DNA of 64,000 nt from Gammaproteobacteria bacterium (GCA_049604295.1 JBMYTL010000010.1:38-64037); one strand, 5' to 3'. Positions 1 through 10,614 are shown, numbered from the stretch's first letter. Made by a program: numbers and translations. Notes: generated from the sequence alone by a model not told the origin.

Positions 1-338
1 AGGTTGTAGGTGCCGCCGTAGAGCTGGCTGGTGGCGATGATGTTGTCCCCGGCCTGGGCGATGGCGAATATCGAGTAGGTGATGGCGGCCATGCCCGAGG
101 ACAGGGACAGGGAGGCCACGCCACCCTCCATGGCCGCGACGCGCTGTTCGAGCACGTCGGAGGTGGGGTTCATGATGCGGGTGTAGATGTTGCCCTGGAC
201 CTTGAGGTCGAACAGGTCGGCGCCGTGCTGGGTGTCGTCGAAGGCGTAGGAGGTGGTCTGGTAGATGGGGGTGGCCACCGCCTTGGTGGTGGGATCGGGC
301 TCGAATCCGGCGTGAATGGCCTGGGTTTCGATCTTCAT
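1..338 (-). CDS. metY: O-acetylhomoserine sulfhydrylase (aminocarboxypropyltransferase), N-terminal part; gene runs off the left edge
   Basis: Reverse complement of 1..338 reads [73 protein letters not shown]...LYGGTYN, a typical N-terminus of this PLP enzyme family. ATG at 338..336. Absent from the ORF track because it is open at the window edge. Confidence 0.8.
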   Translation of the reverse strand, partial: MKIETQAIHAGFEPDPTTKAVATPIYQTTSYAFDDTQHGADLFDLKVQGNIYTRIMNPTSDVLEQRVAAMEGGVASLSLSSGMAAITYSIFAIAQAGDNIIATSQLYGGTYN

Positions 339-503
339 TCGTGGGGTTCCTCTGCTTGGCGGCTCCGGCGTGGCCGGAGTTTCTGGTTTATCGTTTGTCA
401 TCGTTTTCGTGGGCTGGCAAAGATGCCTTTGGGCGTCCACGCTGGCAAGGCGCGGGTTTCCCCGCCCGCGGAGGAACTGTCATCATTCGCGTGCGCAACG
501 AAG

Positions 504-2396
504 ATGGATCGATCACGCGTTGAGAATGTCCTTGTCATGAATCTCAGGCTCCCGCAATCCGCAGGGCGTCCCGCCAACCCCGATGTGGAAATGGCCCTCA
601 ACCAGGGGCTGTTCCGCGGCAGTGTGTTCGGAATGGTGGCCACGGGGCTCGCCGGGCTGATGGAGGCGGCGGTCCTTGTGGATGTGGTGGAGCTGACCTG
701 GGTGGGCGCCTGGGTGGCGGCGGTCCTGGGGGTGTTGTTGATGAAGCTGGCGCTCAATCTGGGGTTCCGGCAGCTGCCGCCCAGCGCCGACGTCCATGAT
801 GATCACGTGCGTCTCTACGGTGTCGTATCGGCGGTTCTGGGCCTTGTGCTGGCTTTTCCCATCATGGTCATTCCGCCCTGGGCGGAGGGCACACTGATCT
901 TTCACCTGGCGGTTGTTTCCGCCCTGGCGTCCGGTTCCATACCGCTGGTGTCCTACCGCCTGCAGGTGTTCGTGTTGTTTATCACGCCACTCGGCCTGCT
1001 CAGCGTCTATGGCCTGATCACGGTGCAGGGCTTTCCCTTCGGTCAGGCCCTGGCCATGGGCGGTGGGGTCCTGATCGCGGCATTGCTTGCCGGTTGGCGC
1101 CACCACGATCATCGACGGATCACCGTGCGCCAGGGACTGCGCAACGATCAGTTGTTGCGACGCCTGCGCGAGGAGACCGCGCGGGTGGATGACCTGGAGA
1201 CTCGCCTGGAAAAACTCGCTGCCGAGCGCGACCAGGCACGCAGGGCCGTGCGCATCGCGGAGGACCGCGCGGCCCGCGCGAGTCGGACGCGCCTGGATTT
1301 TCTCGCCAGCCTCGGTCACGAGATACGCACGCCCATGACGGGGGTTCTGGGAACCCTTTCCATGTTGGAACAGACCAGTCCGAGCGCGGAGCAGAAATCC
1401 TATCTCAGGGTGGCCGCATCGTCCGCGCGCACCCTGATGGCCTTGTTGGATGACGTGCTGGACCTGTCCAAGCTTGAGGCGGGGCGCTTGGAATTGCAGG
1501 TCGCCCCTTATGACCCGCGGGAATTGTTGTCCGAGGTGGTGGAACTGTTCAGGCCCAAGGCGCGGGAGCGCGGGATCGCCCTGACCCTGGAGACGGAGGG
1601 GGCGCTGCCTGTCACGCTCATGGGGGATGCCCTGCGGGTGCGCCAGATCGTCACCAACGTGGTGAGCAATGCCGTGAAGTTCACCGAGCAGGGTGGTGTC
1701 CGTGTCGTCGCACGCCGGGTGGTGGAATACGACCGGATTGAGGTCAGCGTGCGCGACACCGGAATCGGTATGAGCGCGGAGCAGGCCGCCCGCCTGTTCA
1801 GACCCTACAGTCAAGCCGATGCCGGTATCGCCCGGCGCTACGGTGGCACCGGCCTTGGTCTGGCGATCAGCAGTCGGCTGGCCCGGCTCATGGGCGGGGA
1901 CATCCAGGCAAGCAGTCGCCTGGATGAGGGTACGGAGGTGCGCTTGCAGATACCCCTGGTGAGTCGATCCGCCGGGGCTGATGCGCCCGCCGGGGCTGAT
2001 GCGCCCGGCGATACGCACTTCCGCGGTCGCGTTGTGTTGGTGGATGCCGATCACAGCGGTCGGATGCTCAGCCAGATCATGTTGGAGCGGCTCGGCCTTG
2101 AGGTGATTTCCGTGACCCGGGCGGCGGATGCCGAATCCATTCTCGAGCAGCGTGCGGTCGACCTGCTCATGGTCGATGCCGCATCGGGGACCCGCGAGCT
2201 GAGCAGGCTGCTTGACGGTGGTCCCTACGGCGATGGCGGGCGCGTGCCCGTGTTGGCGCTGATTGGTGAAGGCCGGAGTGACGAGAACCTCACGGGTATG
2301 GGGGCGGATGGCTGTATCGAGACACCCCTGAATCCGGCACAGTTGCTGTTTGTTCTGGACCGTTGGCTGCCTGAGGTGGTCGAGGAGCATGTGTGA
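504..2396 (+). CDS. hybrid sensor histidine kinase (polytopic N-terminal sensor, HisKA, HATPase_c, degenerate receiver)
   Basis: ORF 225..2396. Start placed at ATG 504 (MDRSRV) because the upstream part overlaps the divergent metY start region; ATG 423 is an alternative. Several hydrophobic helices, a coiled coil, H-box [35 protein letters not shown]-terminal receiver-like domain VVLVDAD...DLLMVDA. Confidence 0.85.
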   Translation: MDRSRVENVLVMNLRLPQSAGRPANPDVEMALNQGLFRGSVFGMVATGLAGLMEAAVLVDVVELTWVGAWVAAVLGVLLMKLALNLGFRQLPPSADVHDDHVRLYGVVSAVLGLVLAFPIMVIPPWAEGTLIFHLAVVSALASGSIPLVSYRLQVFVLFITPLGLLSVYGLITVQGFPFGQALAMGGGVLIAALLAGWRHHDHRRITVRQGLRNDQLLRRLREETARVDDLETRLEKLAAERDQARRAVRIAEDRAARASRTRLDFLASLGHEIRTPMTGVLGTLSMLEQTSPSAEQKSYLRVAASSARTLMALLDDVLDLSKLEAGRLELQVAPYDPRELLSEVVELFRPKARERGIALTLETEGALPVTLMGDALRVRQIVTNVVSNAVKFTEQGGVRVVARRVVEYDRIEVSVRDTGIGMSAEQAARLFRPYSQADAGIARRYGGTGLGLAISSRLARLMGGDIQASSRLDEGTEVRLQIPLVSRSAGADAPAGADAPGDTHFRGRVVLVDADHSGRMLSQIMLERLGLEVISVTRAADAESILEQRAVDLLMVDAASGTRELSRLLDGGPYGDGGRVPVLALIGEGRSDENLTGMGADGCIETPLNPAQLLFVLDRWLPEVVEEHV

Positions 2397-2417
2397 GTAG
2401 ATCCGTGGCGGCCGAAT

Positions 2418-3896
2418 GTGGCTTCCGAACCGCGTCCGATTGTCCGGAAACACCCCATGTCTCCCGCGACTGAGTATCCCGTCGATCCCCAGGCCATCGA
2501 CGACGATCTGGTCGAATTGCTTTACGGGCAGGCGGCGACCGGCCTGATCATCACTGCCATCAACGCGACCCTGTTGGCGGGAGTGATCGCCTTCGTTGGC
2601 GATGTTGCGTGGGTGTCCGTCTGGCTGGGCGGGATGTACGCCGTGCTTGTGGTCCGGGGTGGGCTCGTCGCCCGATTCGGCAGGCACCGCGCGAACCGTT
2701 CGGCACGATCCTGGGCACGGCTGTTCGGTGTCGTGGCGGCCCTGACGGGATTGGTCTGGGGAAGTGCGGCTTTGCTGGTGCCGTCGGGGAGTATCGATTA
2801 CCTGGTGTTTCTGTCCTTCGTTATCGCGGGTATGGTCGCGGGCGCGATTCCCTCGCTGACGCCCTACCTGCCCGGCTACCTGGGCTACCTGTTCGGTGCC
2901 GTCCCCCCCTTGCTGGTGTCGTCGGCCTTGGAAGGCGGGCAGCTGGGATGGTCCATGGTGCTTATGCAGGCGCTGTTCATGATGTTCATGGTGGTCAACG
3001 CGCGACGCTACCACCAGGGTCTGGCGCACAGCTTCAGCTTGCAGCACACCAACGATGCCCTGGTCCAGGGTCTGACCGAAGACAAGCAGCGCATCGAGGA
3101 ATTGAACGCCAGCCTCGTCGATGAGATCCGTGAACGCCGCGAGGTGGAACAGGCGCTGGTGCAGGCCAAGGAGCAGGCGGAGCAGGCGAACGTGACCAAG
3201 AGTCAGTTCCTCGCGAATATGAGTCACGAGATCCGCACGCCCATGAACGGCGTGATGGGGATGTTGGAACTGGCCCGTGACGCGGATTCAGCGGAGGAGC
3301 TGGCCGGGTACCTGGATACGGCATCCGCGTCGGCTCAGGCGCTCATGGTGATCCTCAATGACATCCTTGATATCGCGAAGATCGAGGCGGGCCGTCTTCA
3401 GACCGAGTCCATCGAGTTTACCCTTGCGCCGATCATTCGCGAGGTGTTCGAACTGCATCGCGCCAATGCCGAGAGCCGGGGGTTGAGCATGCGGCTGTCC
3501 GTCGACACGGCCCTGGATGCGGGGCCTGTGAATGGCGACCCGACCCGGGTACGCCAGGTGCTCAACAATCTGCTCAGCAACGCGGTGAAGTTCACAGCCA
3601 AAGGTGGTGTCACCCTGGACGCGCGACGTGATGATGCGGGCGGATGTATACGTATCGATGTCCGCGATACCGGTATCGGGATCGAGCAGGATCGCCTGGA
3701 GGAACTGTTCCAGCCCTTCACCCAGGCCGACGGTTCCATGAGTCGTCGCTATGGCGGCACGGGCCTGGGGCTTGCCATCACCCACGAGCTGGTCAGCCTG
3801 ATGGGCGGCTCCATCGACGTGGAGACGGAACCGGGCAAGGGGTCGCGCTTCAGCCTGTGCTTGCCGGTGGGGCGCGTCGGGTCGGAGGCGGGTTGA
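2418..3896 (+). CDS. sensor histidine kinase (polytopic N-terminal sensor, HisKA, HATPase_c)
   Basis: ORF 2418..3896 with GTG start (ATG 2457 is an alternative). N-terminal hydrophobic block is similar to that of the preceding kinase. H-box [34 protein letters not shown]. Confidence 0.85.
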   Translation: MASEPRPIVRKHPMSPATEYPVDPQAIDDDLVELLYGQAATGLIITAINATLLAGVIAFVGDVAWVSVWLGGMYAVLVVRGGLVARFGRHRANRSARSWARLFGVVAALTGLVWGSAALLVPSGSIDYLVFLSFVIAGMVAGAIPSLTPYLPGYLGYLFGAVPPLLVSSALEGGQLGWSMVLMQALFMMFMVVNARRYHQGLAHSFSLQHTNDALVQGLTEDKQRIEELNASLVDEIRERREVEQALVQAKEQAEQANVTKSQFLANMSHEIRTPMNGVMGMLELARDADSAEELAGYLDTASASAQALMVILNDILDIAKIEAGRLQTESIEFTLAPIIREVFELHRANAESRGLSMRLSVDTALDAGPVNGDPTRVRQVLNNLLSNAVKFTAKGGVTLDARRDDAGGCIRIDVRDTGIGIEQDRLEELFQPFTQADGSMSRRYGGTGLGLAITHELVSLMGGSIDVETEPGKGSRFSLCLPVGRVGSEAG

Positions 3897-3961
3897 GATT
3901 GCCGCTCAGGCGGTGCCCGGCATGCGCGACCCCTTGCCGACCCCATTCGTGGGGCACCCCA

Positions 3962-4822
3962 TCAAGCGCCGTGGCGCCCGGCCCAGTCCAGTGCGAATTG
4001 CCACGCCACGCGGCCCGAGCGTGAACCACGGCCCAGGGCCCAGCGGATGGCCAGGCGGTGCATTTCCCCACGGTCATCGGGCAGGGCATCAAGCTGCCGC
4101 AACCAGTGGTCCACAATGGCGAGGTATTCATTCTGTTTGAAGGCGTAGAAGGACAGCCACAGCCCGAAACGCTCGGATAACGACACCTTCTCTTCGACCG
4201 CTTCGCCCTGGTGAAGCTCGCCATCCACCCATTGGGCCTGCTGGTTCTCGCTCTGGAACTCGGGGATCAGATGGCGGCGGTTGGATGTGGCGTACAGAAG
4301 CAGATTGTCGGGCGTGGAGGCGATCGAACCGTCGAGTAGAGCCTTCAGGGCCTGGTAGCCGGGTTCGTTTTCTCCGAATGACAGGTCATCGCAGAACAGG
4401 ATGAAGCGCTCGGGGCGGTTCCAGATCAGGTCGACGATCTCCGGCAGATCTTCGAGACCGTTCTTATCGACTTCGATCAGGCGCAGCCCCTGGGCGGCGA
4501 AGGCATGTAACAGGGCTTTGACCAGCGAGGACTTGCCCGTACCCCGCGAGCCCCACAGCAAGGCATTGTTGGCCGGCCGCCCCGTGACGAACTGGCGCGT
4601 GTTGCGCTCCAGTTCATCGCGTTGGCGATCAACCCCGATCAGGTCTGAAAGGGCGAACTGGTGGGGATGATTGACGGGAACAAGGCCGTGACCGGCCCGC
4701 CAGCGCCAGGCAATGGCGGCTGTCCAGTCAGGTTCCTGGCGCGGGTGGGGCAGCAGGGGCTCGACGCGGTCGAGCAGGGCGTCCAGCCGTTGGATGAGGT
4801 GGTCGATTGCCGCGGTGTCCAT
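3962..4822 (-). CDS. ATP-binding protein, DUF815 (AAA-like) family
   Basis: ORF 3962..4852. Walker A LLWGSRGTGKSSLVKA, then FCDDLSF and YATSNRRHLIPE, as I recall for DUF815 proteins. Start set at ATG 4822 to avoid overlap with the pilin gene; 4852 is also possible. Confidence 0.7.
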   Translation of the reverse strand: MDTAAIDHLIQRLDALLDRVEPLLPHPRQEPDWTAAIAWRWRAGHGLVPVNHPHQFALSDLIGVDRQRDELERNTRQFVTGRPANNALLWGSRGTGKSSLVKALLHAFAAQGLRLIEVDKNGLEDLPEIVDLIWNRPERFILFCDDLSFGENEPGYQALKALLDGSIASTPDNLLLYATSNRRHLIPEFQSENQQAQWVDGELHQGEAVEEKVSLSERFGLWLSFYAFKQNEYLAIVDHWLRQLDALPDDRGEMHRLAIRWALGRGSRSGRVAWQFALDWAGRHGA

Positions 4823-4839
4823 GGCGGGGCGGGGTTGAC

Positions 4840-5310
4840 TCAGTCGCGGCAACTGGCGGGAAGGAACTTCGGCTTGGCCGGATTGAGCGTGCCCGGCCCA
4901 CAGGTCCAGCTGATTCCACCGCTGCCCGCCGTGCCGGTGAATTCCAGGGTGGTGTACGGGTCGGTGTCGTACACGGTCGGGTTGATGCGCACCTGCACCA
5001 CCGCAACGTCGTCGCTGGTCCGGCTGTAGTAGACGCCCTGGACGATCTCGGTCGAGACATTCTCAACCCCCGCTTCGGTGGCGTTCGAGGGCATGGTGCC
5101 CTCCACGAACCAGTACTCGGCGATGGATTCCTTGGCGTGGGAACCATAGCTGATCGCCTCGGTGTTCTTGGCCCGCTGCACGTAGTTCTGGTACTGGGGA
5201 ACGGCCACGGCGGTGAGGATGCCTATGATCGCGATCACGATCATCAGCTCGATCAAGGTGAAGCCGTTTTGCCCTTGTCCCGGATGTTTCTCGTGCGCTT
5301 CAAATCGCAT
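4840..5310 (-). CDS. pilA: type IV pilin (PilA/PilE-like major pilin)
   Basis: Class III signal and N-terminal helix [34 protein letters not shown]-terminal Cys pair (WTCGPG...PASCRD) consistent with a disulfide loop. 156 aa. Confidence 0.85.
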   Translation of the reverse strand: MRFEAHEKHPGQGQNGFTLIELMIVIAIIGILTAVAVPQYQNYVQRAKNTEAISYGSHAKESIAEYWFVEGTMPSNATEAGVENVSTEIVQGVYYSRTSDDVAVVQVRINPTVYDTDPYTTLEFTGTAGSGGISWTCGPGTLNPAKPKFLPASCRD

Positions 5311-5469
5311 GGTTCGGTGAGTCGGCGTGCTCTATAAGGTGACAGATCACAGCCGACTATTGTCACCCCGGTAAGGGGCGTTCGACAATGGCGGGCTGCC
5401 GGGATGCATTGGAAACCTGGATTGATGGAGCGGGAATGCCATCGGAATCTCCCTCAGAAGTTGTGAATC

Positions 5470-6618
5470 ATGAGAATCGTTGCCGACGAAAACATGCCCG
5501 GTGTGCGTGAAGCCTGTGAATCGCTGTGTGAACCCAAGGGAGAGGTGGTCACCCTGCCGGGCAGGGAGATCGGCCCCGAGGATGTGCGTGCGGCCGATTG
5601 CCTGCTTGTCCGGTCGGTAACGCCGGTCAGTGCCGCTCTTCTGGAGGGCTCCGCCGTGCGCTTCGTGGGCTCCGCGACCATAGGTGTGGACCACGTGGAC
5701 CTGCCCTGGTTGCACGCGCGCGGCATCGATTTCCAATCGGCTCCCGGGTGCAATGCCACAGCGGCGGCGCAGTGGGTTCTGCGCGTGGTCCTTGAGCTTC
5801 TGCAGCGCCGTGGGCTCGATACCTGCGACATGGTCGTGGGGATCGTGGGTCTGGGCAACGTGGGGTCGCGGGTGAAGGCGTTGTTCGAAGCCCTGGGTGT
5901 GCGCTGCCTGGTCAATGACCCACCCCGCGCGATGGAGGAGGGCGATGACGGCTACGTGGAACTGGAGGAGCTTCTGCAACGCAGTGACGTCATCACCGTT
6001 CACGTACCTTTGGAGCGGCGCAACCGATGGCCCACTTTTCACCTGATCGACGAGCGCTTTCTGGGCCTGTGTCGCAACGGTGCCCTGGTGATCAACGCGT
6101 CGCGGGGCGCTGTTGCGGATACCTCGGCCCTGCTCAGGCATGCCTGGCGCACGGAAATGGTGGTCGACACCTGGGAGGGGGAGCCCCATGTGCATCTCGG
6201 TCTGCTGGATCAGGTCAGCCTGGCCAGTCCGCATGTGGCGGGCTACTCACTGGAGGGGCGTTACCGGGGCACGGAGACGGTCTATCGCGCGCTGTGCGCG
6301 CACCTGGGCCGGGAGGCGACCTGGTCGCCCTGGTCGTCCTTGCCCGCGGTCGAACCGGTGGATGTCACGGCGGCGGCGCGTGAGGGTGGCGCATGTGCCG
6401 CCGTGCTCGCGGCGGCCCGGGCCGTGTCCGACCCCTGGGCGGATCACCGTCGCATGATGGGTTTGCGTCAGCTCACCATCGCCGCGCAGGGGGCTTATTT
6501 CGATGGTCTGCGCCGCCAGTACCCCTTACGTCGCGAATTTGAGTACGTGCCGGTGTGCCGCACCGGCGTCGAAGAGGCGGACGCGGCGCTTGCCGCCGTG
6601 GGGTTTCCCATCCACTGA
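5470..6618 (+). CDS. pdxB: erythronate-4-phosphate dehydrogenase
   Basis: N-terminus MRIVADENMP, NAD fold GIVGLGNVGSR, and length plus C-terminal dimerisation region typical of PdxB. Confidence 0.85.
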   Translation: MRIVADENMPGVREACESLCEPKGEVVTLPGREIGPEDVRAADCLLVRSVTPVSAALLEGSAVRFVGSATIGVDHVDLPWLHARGIDFQSAPGCNATAAAQWVLRVVLELLQRRGLDTCDMVVGIVGLGNVGSRVKALFEALGVRCLVNDPPRAMEEGDDGYVELEELLQRSDVITVHVPLERRNRWPTFHLIDERFLGLCRNGALVINASRGAVADTSALLRHAWRTEMVVDTWEGEPHVHLGLLDQVSLASPHVAGYSLEGRYRGTETVYRALCAHLGREATWSPWSSLPAVEPVDVTAAAREGGACAAVLAAARAVSDPWADHRRMMGLRQLTIAAQGAYFDGLRRQYPLRREFEYVPVCRTGVEEADAALAAVGFPIH

Positions 6619-6707
6619 GCGGGCGTGATCTCCGGGCCTCGCCTGTGTCCGGCTTGCATGCCTTTCGGGGGAGGGCATCGCCGGTGGGAAGAACGTGGAT
6701 GTGCGGT

Positions 6708-7583
6708 CTAACCCGGCGCGCGCGACTGCGGGCAACGCAGGCTGAACCGCCGGGTTTCGTGATCGCGGCGTTCAGCGTTGATCCGTTGAGCGCGCGTACG
6801 TTCGGGGTCTATACGCAAAGCAGTCAAGGTGCCGCCCCAGACGCAGCCGGTATCGATGGCGTAGGTGTTCTGGTGATGCACGTAACCCAGGGTGGACCAG
6901 TGCCCGAACACCACGGTCACGGGCCAGTGCGTACGTCGCGGATGGCGGAACCAGGGGATCAGTCCCTCGACCGTTTCTCCCGGATTGAGTTTGACCTTGT
7001 GTTCCATGGCGCCTTGCGGCGTGCAGTAACGCATGCGCGTGAAGGCGTTGGTGGTGAAACGTAAGCGTTCCATGCCCGCCAGGGACTCGTCCCAGAGATC
7101 GGGTTTGTTGCCGTACATGGCGGCGAAGAACGCGTGGCGTGAATCAGAACGCAGACACGCTTCCAGGCGCTGCGCCTCCGCGCGCGCGGTGTCCAGGTCC
7201 CAGCCGGGCGGGATACCGGCGTGAACCATGGCCATACCCAGCCCCTCGTCCACGTGCAGCACCGGCCGATGACGCAACCAGGTCAGCAGTTCCTCGGCGT
7301 CGGGTGCATCGATTATCGCCTGCATACCCGGATCAGCCTTGTTGTGCCTCTGGTTGCCGTGGGCCATGGCCAGCAGGTGCAGGTCGTGATTGCCCAGGAC
7401 CGTGACGGCACTGTCGCCCAGTCCGCGCACGAAACGCAGCGTGCCCAGGGAGTCGGGCCCTCGGTTCACCAGGTCGCCAACAAACCACAGCCGGTCGCCG
7501 TCCGGGTCGAAATTGATCGCATCCAGTAGATCGCGCAGGGGCTGGAGACAGCCCTGAACGTCGCCGATGGCATAGACCGCCAT
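6708..7583 (-). CDS. apaH: bis(5'-nucleosyl)-tetraphosphatase (symmetrical)
   Basis: MAVYAIGDVQGC, GDLVNRGPDS and GNHD metallophosphatase motifs. Lies downstream of apaG, as in the classical apaGH arrangement. Confidence 0.9.
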   Translation of the reverse strand: MAVYAIGDVQGCLQPLRDLLDAINFDPDGDRLWFVGDLVNRGPDSLGTLRFVRGLGDSAVTVLGNHDLHLLAMAHGNQRHNKADPGMQAIIDAPDAEELLTWLRHRPVLHVDEGLGMAMVHAGIPPGWDLDTARAEAQRLEACLRSDSRHAFFAAMYGNKPDLWDESLAGMERLRFTTNAFTRMRYCTPQGAMEHKVKLNPGETVEGLIPWFRHPRRTHWPVTVVFGHWSTLGYVHHQNTYAIDTGCVWGGTLTALRIDPERTRAQRINAERRDHETRRFSLRCPQSRAPG

Positions 7584-7712
7584 GAACTCTCAATCCCCCT
7601 GATCAGTGGGAAGCGCCCTGGAGCCGACTTGGCGCCGGGGTGCGTGGGGCCGCTTTGTGGAGCGCGGCCCGGGTGCCGCGGTGTTCCGTTCGGGGCCGGG
7701 CACCGGGGGCGC

Positions 7713-8093
7713 TCAATGAACCGCTTTGGGCATGCTCAGGCTGAAGCGGGGGATAAGGGCATCGAAGCGGTGTCCGTCGTCGGCCACCATCTGGTAACTG
7801 CCCTCCATGGAACCCACCGGGGTCTCCAACACCGTGCCGCTCGTGTAGCGGAAGCCCCGTCCGGGCTGCAGATAGGGCTGCTCGCCCACCACCCCGTCAC
7901 CACGGACCTCCTGAACCTTGCCGTTGCCGTCGGTGATGAGCCAGTGACGGGTCATCAGTTGCACCGGCTGCTCGCCGTCGTTGGTGATGGTGACCGTATA
8001 CGAAAAAGCGTAGCGGTCCGATGCGGGCTCGGACTGTTTGTCGATGTAGTGCGTCTCGACGGATACACCGACGTCGTAAGGATTGGAGCTCAT
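7713..8093 (-). CDS. apaG: ApaG (DUF525) protein
   Basis: 126 aa. [44 protein letters not shown] matches the ApaG family pattern. Start overlaps the nadC stop (ATGA). Confidence 0.9.
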   Translation of the reverse strand: MSSNPYDVGVSVETHYIDKQSEPASDRYAFSYTVTITNDGEQPVQLMTRHWLITDGNGKVQEVRGDGVVGEQPYLQPGRGFRYTSGTVLETPVGSMEGSYQMVADDGHRFDALIPRFSLSMPKAVH

Positions 8094-8947
8094 GTTCGCC
8101 CGTTGGTGAAAAGCATGGAAAGGTCGAGAGCCTGAACGTCCTTGGTCAGAGAACCGACTGATATATCGTCCACGCCCGTGGCGGCGACGTCGCGCACCGT
8201 TTCCAGGGTAATGCCCCCGGACGCCTCCAGGCGTGCCCGTCCGGCAGTTTCGGCCACGGCCTCGCGCAGTGCGGGCAGGGTGAAATTGTCGAGCATGACC
8301 CGGTCGGCGCCCGCGCCCAGTGCCTCGCGCAGTTGCTCGAGATTCTCCACCTCCACTTCGACCCAGTTACCGGCGCCATGGGCGCGGGCCTGCCCGATGG
8401 CGGCGGAGATGGAGCCGGCGGCGGCGATGTGATTCTCCTTGATCAGGACGGCGTCGTAGAGCCCTATACGGTGATTGGCGCCACCGCCCTGGCGAATCGC
8501 GTATTTCTGAGCCAGGCGCAGGCCCGGAACGGTCTTGCGGGTATCCAGAATCCGCACCGGCAGACCGGCTACGGCATCCACGTAGCGGCGCGCGGCCGTG
8601 GCTGTGCCGCTCAGGGTCTGCAGAAAATTCAGGGCACAGCGCTCGCCGCTGAGCAGGCAGCGTGCGGGGCCTTCCAGTTCGCACAGGATCTGGTCCGGCG
8701 CGACCGCGTCGCCCTCCTGCGCGTGCCAGAGCACGCTAACCGGCCCGCACAGACGGCGGAACACGGTGTCCACCCAGGGGCTGCCGGCGAGGATGCCGTG
8801 GGCGCGACTGATGATGCGCGCGCTCGCGACCTGGTCTTCGGGGATCAGGGCGGCGGTCAGATCACCCTGGCCGATGTCCTCGGCCAGGGCGACGGATACC
8901 TCGCGGTCGATATGTGCCTGGTTTTCCGGTGTGATGGCCTCGACCAT
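8090..8947 (-). CDS. nadC: nicotinate-nucleotide diphosphorylase (carboxylating)
   Basis: 285 aa. [33 protein letters not shown] and MLDNF motifs typical of NadC. Confidence 0.9.
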   Translation of the reverse strand: MVEAITPENQAHIDREVSVALAEDIGQGDLTAALIPEDQVASARIISRAHGILAGSPWVDTVFRRLCGPVSVLWHAQEGDAVAPDQILCELEGPARCLLSGERCALNFLQTLSGTATAARRYVDAVAGLPVRILDTRKTVPGLRLAQKYAIRQGGGANHRIGLYDAVLIKENHIAAAGSISAAIGQARAHGAGNWVEVEVENLEQLREALGAGADRVMLDNFTLPALREAVAETAGRARLEASGGITLETVRDVAATGVDDISVGSLTKDVQALDLSMLFTNGRT

Positions 8948-8951
8948 GGTC

Positions 8952-9302
8952 TCAGTCTGATACCTCGATCAGTTCCACCTCGAAGACCAGCGTCGCGTTC
9001 CCGGGAATAATGCCGCCCGCCCCGTGCTCGCCGTAGCCGAGAGCGGGGGGGATGGTCAGACGGCGCTTGCCCCCTTCGCGCATTCCCAACATGCCCTTGT
9101 CCCAGCCGGGAATGACCATTCCGACACCCAGGGGGAAGCGGAAGGGTTCGTTACGGCGCACGCTGGAGTCGAACTCCGTCCCGTCGGTCAGCCAGCCCGT
9201 GTAGTGAACCGTGAGGAACTGGCCTTCGCCGTCGGCGCTTTTGCCGTGGCCATCGGCCAGATCTTCGATGATCAATCCACTGTCCAGGGTCTGTTCCGCC
9301 AT
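8952..9302 (-). CDS. FKBP-type peptidyl-prolyl cis-trans isomerase
   Basis: [40 protein letters not shown] extends to 9329, but ATG 9302 has a better upstream purine-rich (aaggg) site. Confidence 0.85.
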   Translation of the reverse strand: MAEQTLDSGLIIEDLADGHGKSADGEGQFLTVHYTGWLTDGTEFDSSVRRNEPFRFPLGVGMVIPGWDKGMLGMREGGKRRLTIPPALGYGEHGAGGIIPGNATLVFEVELIEVSD

Positions 9303-9464
9303 GTGTGCGCCCTTGTCGTTGCGAGTCATTCAGTAGGGAGAGGGCGCGCAGTATACCCGCCCCGCGCGCTGCCGGTCCCACCAGCAACGGTGGCTGGTGC
9401 GCGATCCGCGGGCCGCGCGATTTCCCCATGGGTGAGCCCATCCGGAACCGATACCCTTGTGGCC

Positions 9465-10553
9465 ATGAACGTACGCGTTGCAACGATCCTTCTCTGGGCG
9501 TTCTGGGGCGGCACGGGCTGCTCCACCCTCGGCTACTACGGTCAGGCGGCATCCGGGCACCTCGAAGTCATGGCCGCCAGTCGCCCTCTGGGTTCCGTGA
9601 TCGAAGACCCGGCTACGCCGACGAAGGTCAGGGAACGATTGCGCGTTGCCGCTGATGCGCGTCGCTTTGCCTCGACGGACCTCGGGCTGCCGGACAATGG
9701 GAGTTACCGGAGCTATGCCGACCTGGGCCGGGACGCGGTGGTATGGGCCCTGTACGCGGCGCCTGAATTCGACGTGGAACCGCACCGCTGGTGTTACCCC
9801 TTCGTTGGCTGCCTCGCCTACCGGGGGTTCTTCGACCTGGATGAGGCCCGCGACGTTGCCAAGCGGTACGCGGCGCGGGGCATGGACACCTATATCGCTC
9901 CGGTGCCCGCGTACTCCACCCTCGGTTGGTTCGATGACCCCCTGCTCAACACAATGATGCGTTGGGATGACACCTCGGTGGCGGCGCTTGTCTTCCACGA
10001 ACTCGCGCACCAGGTGGTCTACGTGGCCGATGACACCGAGTTCAACGAGGCCTTCGCAGTGACCGTGGAGCGCGAGGGTGTGCGACGCTGGCTGGAGTCG
10101 CGGGGGCGCAGCGCGCAGTTGCATGAGTGGCGGGCCCGCAAGGCGGCTGCCGCTGAACTGGTGCGCATGATGCTCGCTCTGCGTGCCGATCTGGACGCCC
10201 TCTACGCGGGGGCTTCAGCTCATGATCGGGGCTCAACACCGGGCGCCCGCAAGGGGGCCCTGATCGAGGCGGTCCGTGAGCGTTTCCGGAAACAGGCCCG
10301 CACGCGGCGCGAGCTCGAACCCTTCGCGCATTGGTTCGGGCCCGGGCTGAACAATGCCCGGCTCAATGTGTTTGCTGTCTACGAGCGCTGGGTGCCCGCG
10401 TTCGCGGCGCTTCTGGCGCGGGAGGAGGGGGATATGTCTCGGTTTTTCATCGCGGTGAAGCGATTGGGGCGTCTTGACCAGGAGGAACGCGCGCGGCAGC
10501 TGCGCGAGCTGGCTGAACTGGCTGATGAACTGGCGGAACCGGGCACGCGCTGA
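9465..10553 (+). CDS. putative zinc aminopeptidase lipoprotein (aminopeptidase pfam10023-like)
   Basis: In-frame ATG 9465 gives MNVRVATILLWAFWGGTGCS (lipobox-like). HELAHQ zinc motif. The upstream part of ORF 9024..10553 is antisense to the FKBP gene. Confidence 0.65.
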   Translation: MNVRVATILLWAFWGGTGCSTLGYYGQAASGHLEVMAASRPLGSVIEDPATPTKVRERLRVAADARRFASTDLGLPDNGSYRSYADLGRDAVVWALYAAPEFDVEPHRWCYPFVGCLAYRGFFDLDEARDVAKRYAARGMDTYIAPVPAYSTLGWFDDPLLNTMMRWDDTSVAALVFHELAHQVVYVADDTEFNEAFAVTVEREGVRRWLESRGRSAQLHEWRARKAAAAELVRMMLALRADLDALYAGASAHDRGSTPGARKGALIEAVRERFRKQARTRRELEPFAHWFGPGLNNARLNVFAVYERWVPAFAALLAREEGDMSRFFIAVKRLGRLDQEERARQLRELAELADELAEPGTR

Positions 10554-10614
10554 TCGGGGACGCTCTGCCTGCGCCGGGCACTGCCGTTTCGGCTGTCGGC
10601 CGGTGGTGTCCTAT

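Noticed and set aside
225-503. N-terminal extension of the first kinase ORF ([11 protein letters not shown]...)
   Set aside because: The extension is Gly-rich and overlaps the 5' end of the divergent metY gene (1..338). A start at 504 (or 423) is more plausible.
1971-2006. Perfect 18-bp direct duplication gccggggctgatgcgccc x2 inside the first kinase (encodes AGADAP twice)
   Set aside because: It is in frame and lies in the linker between the catalytic domain and the receiver-like domain. It is most simply a neutral linker duplication.
513-3227. 904-aa ORF on the minus strand spanning both kinase genes
   Set aside because: It is antisense to two CDS with clear HisKA/HATPase motifs. Its translation is Arg/Gly/His/Pro/Gln-rich, low in complexity and has no motifs. 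This is a typical shadow ORF of GC-rich DNA.
5424-5443. Possible sigma-54 promoter upstream of the pilin gene (TGGCAT on the minus strand)
   Set aside because: The required GC dinucleotide is not at the -12 spacing (TGGCAT-tcccg-CTCCA), so it does not fit TGGCAC-N5-TTGCA.
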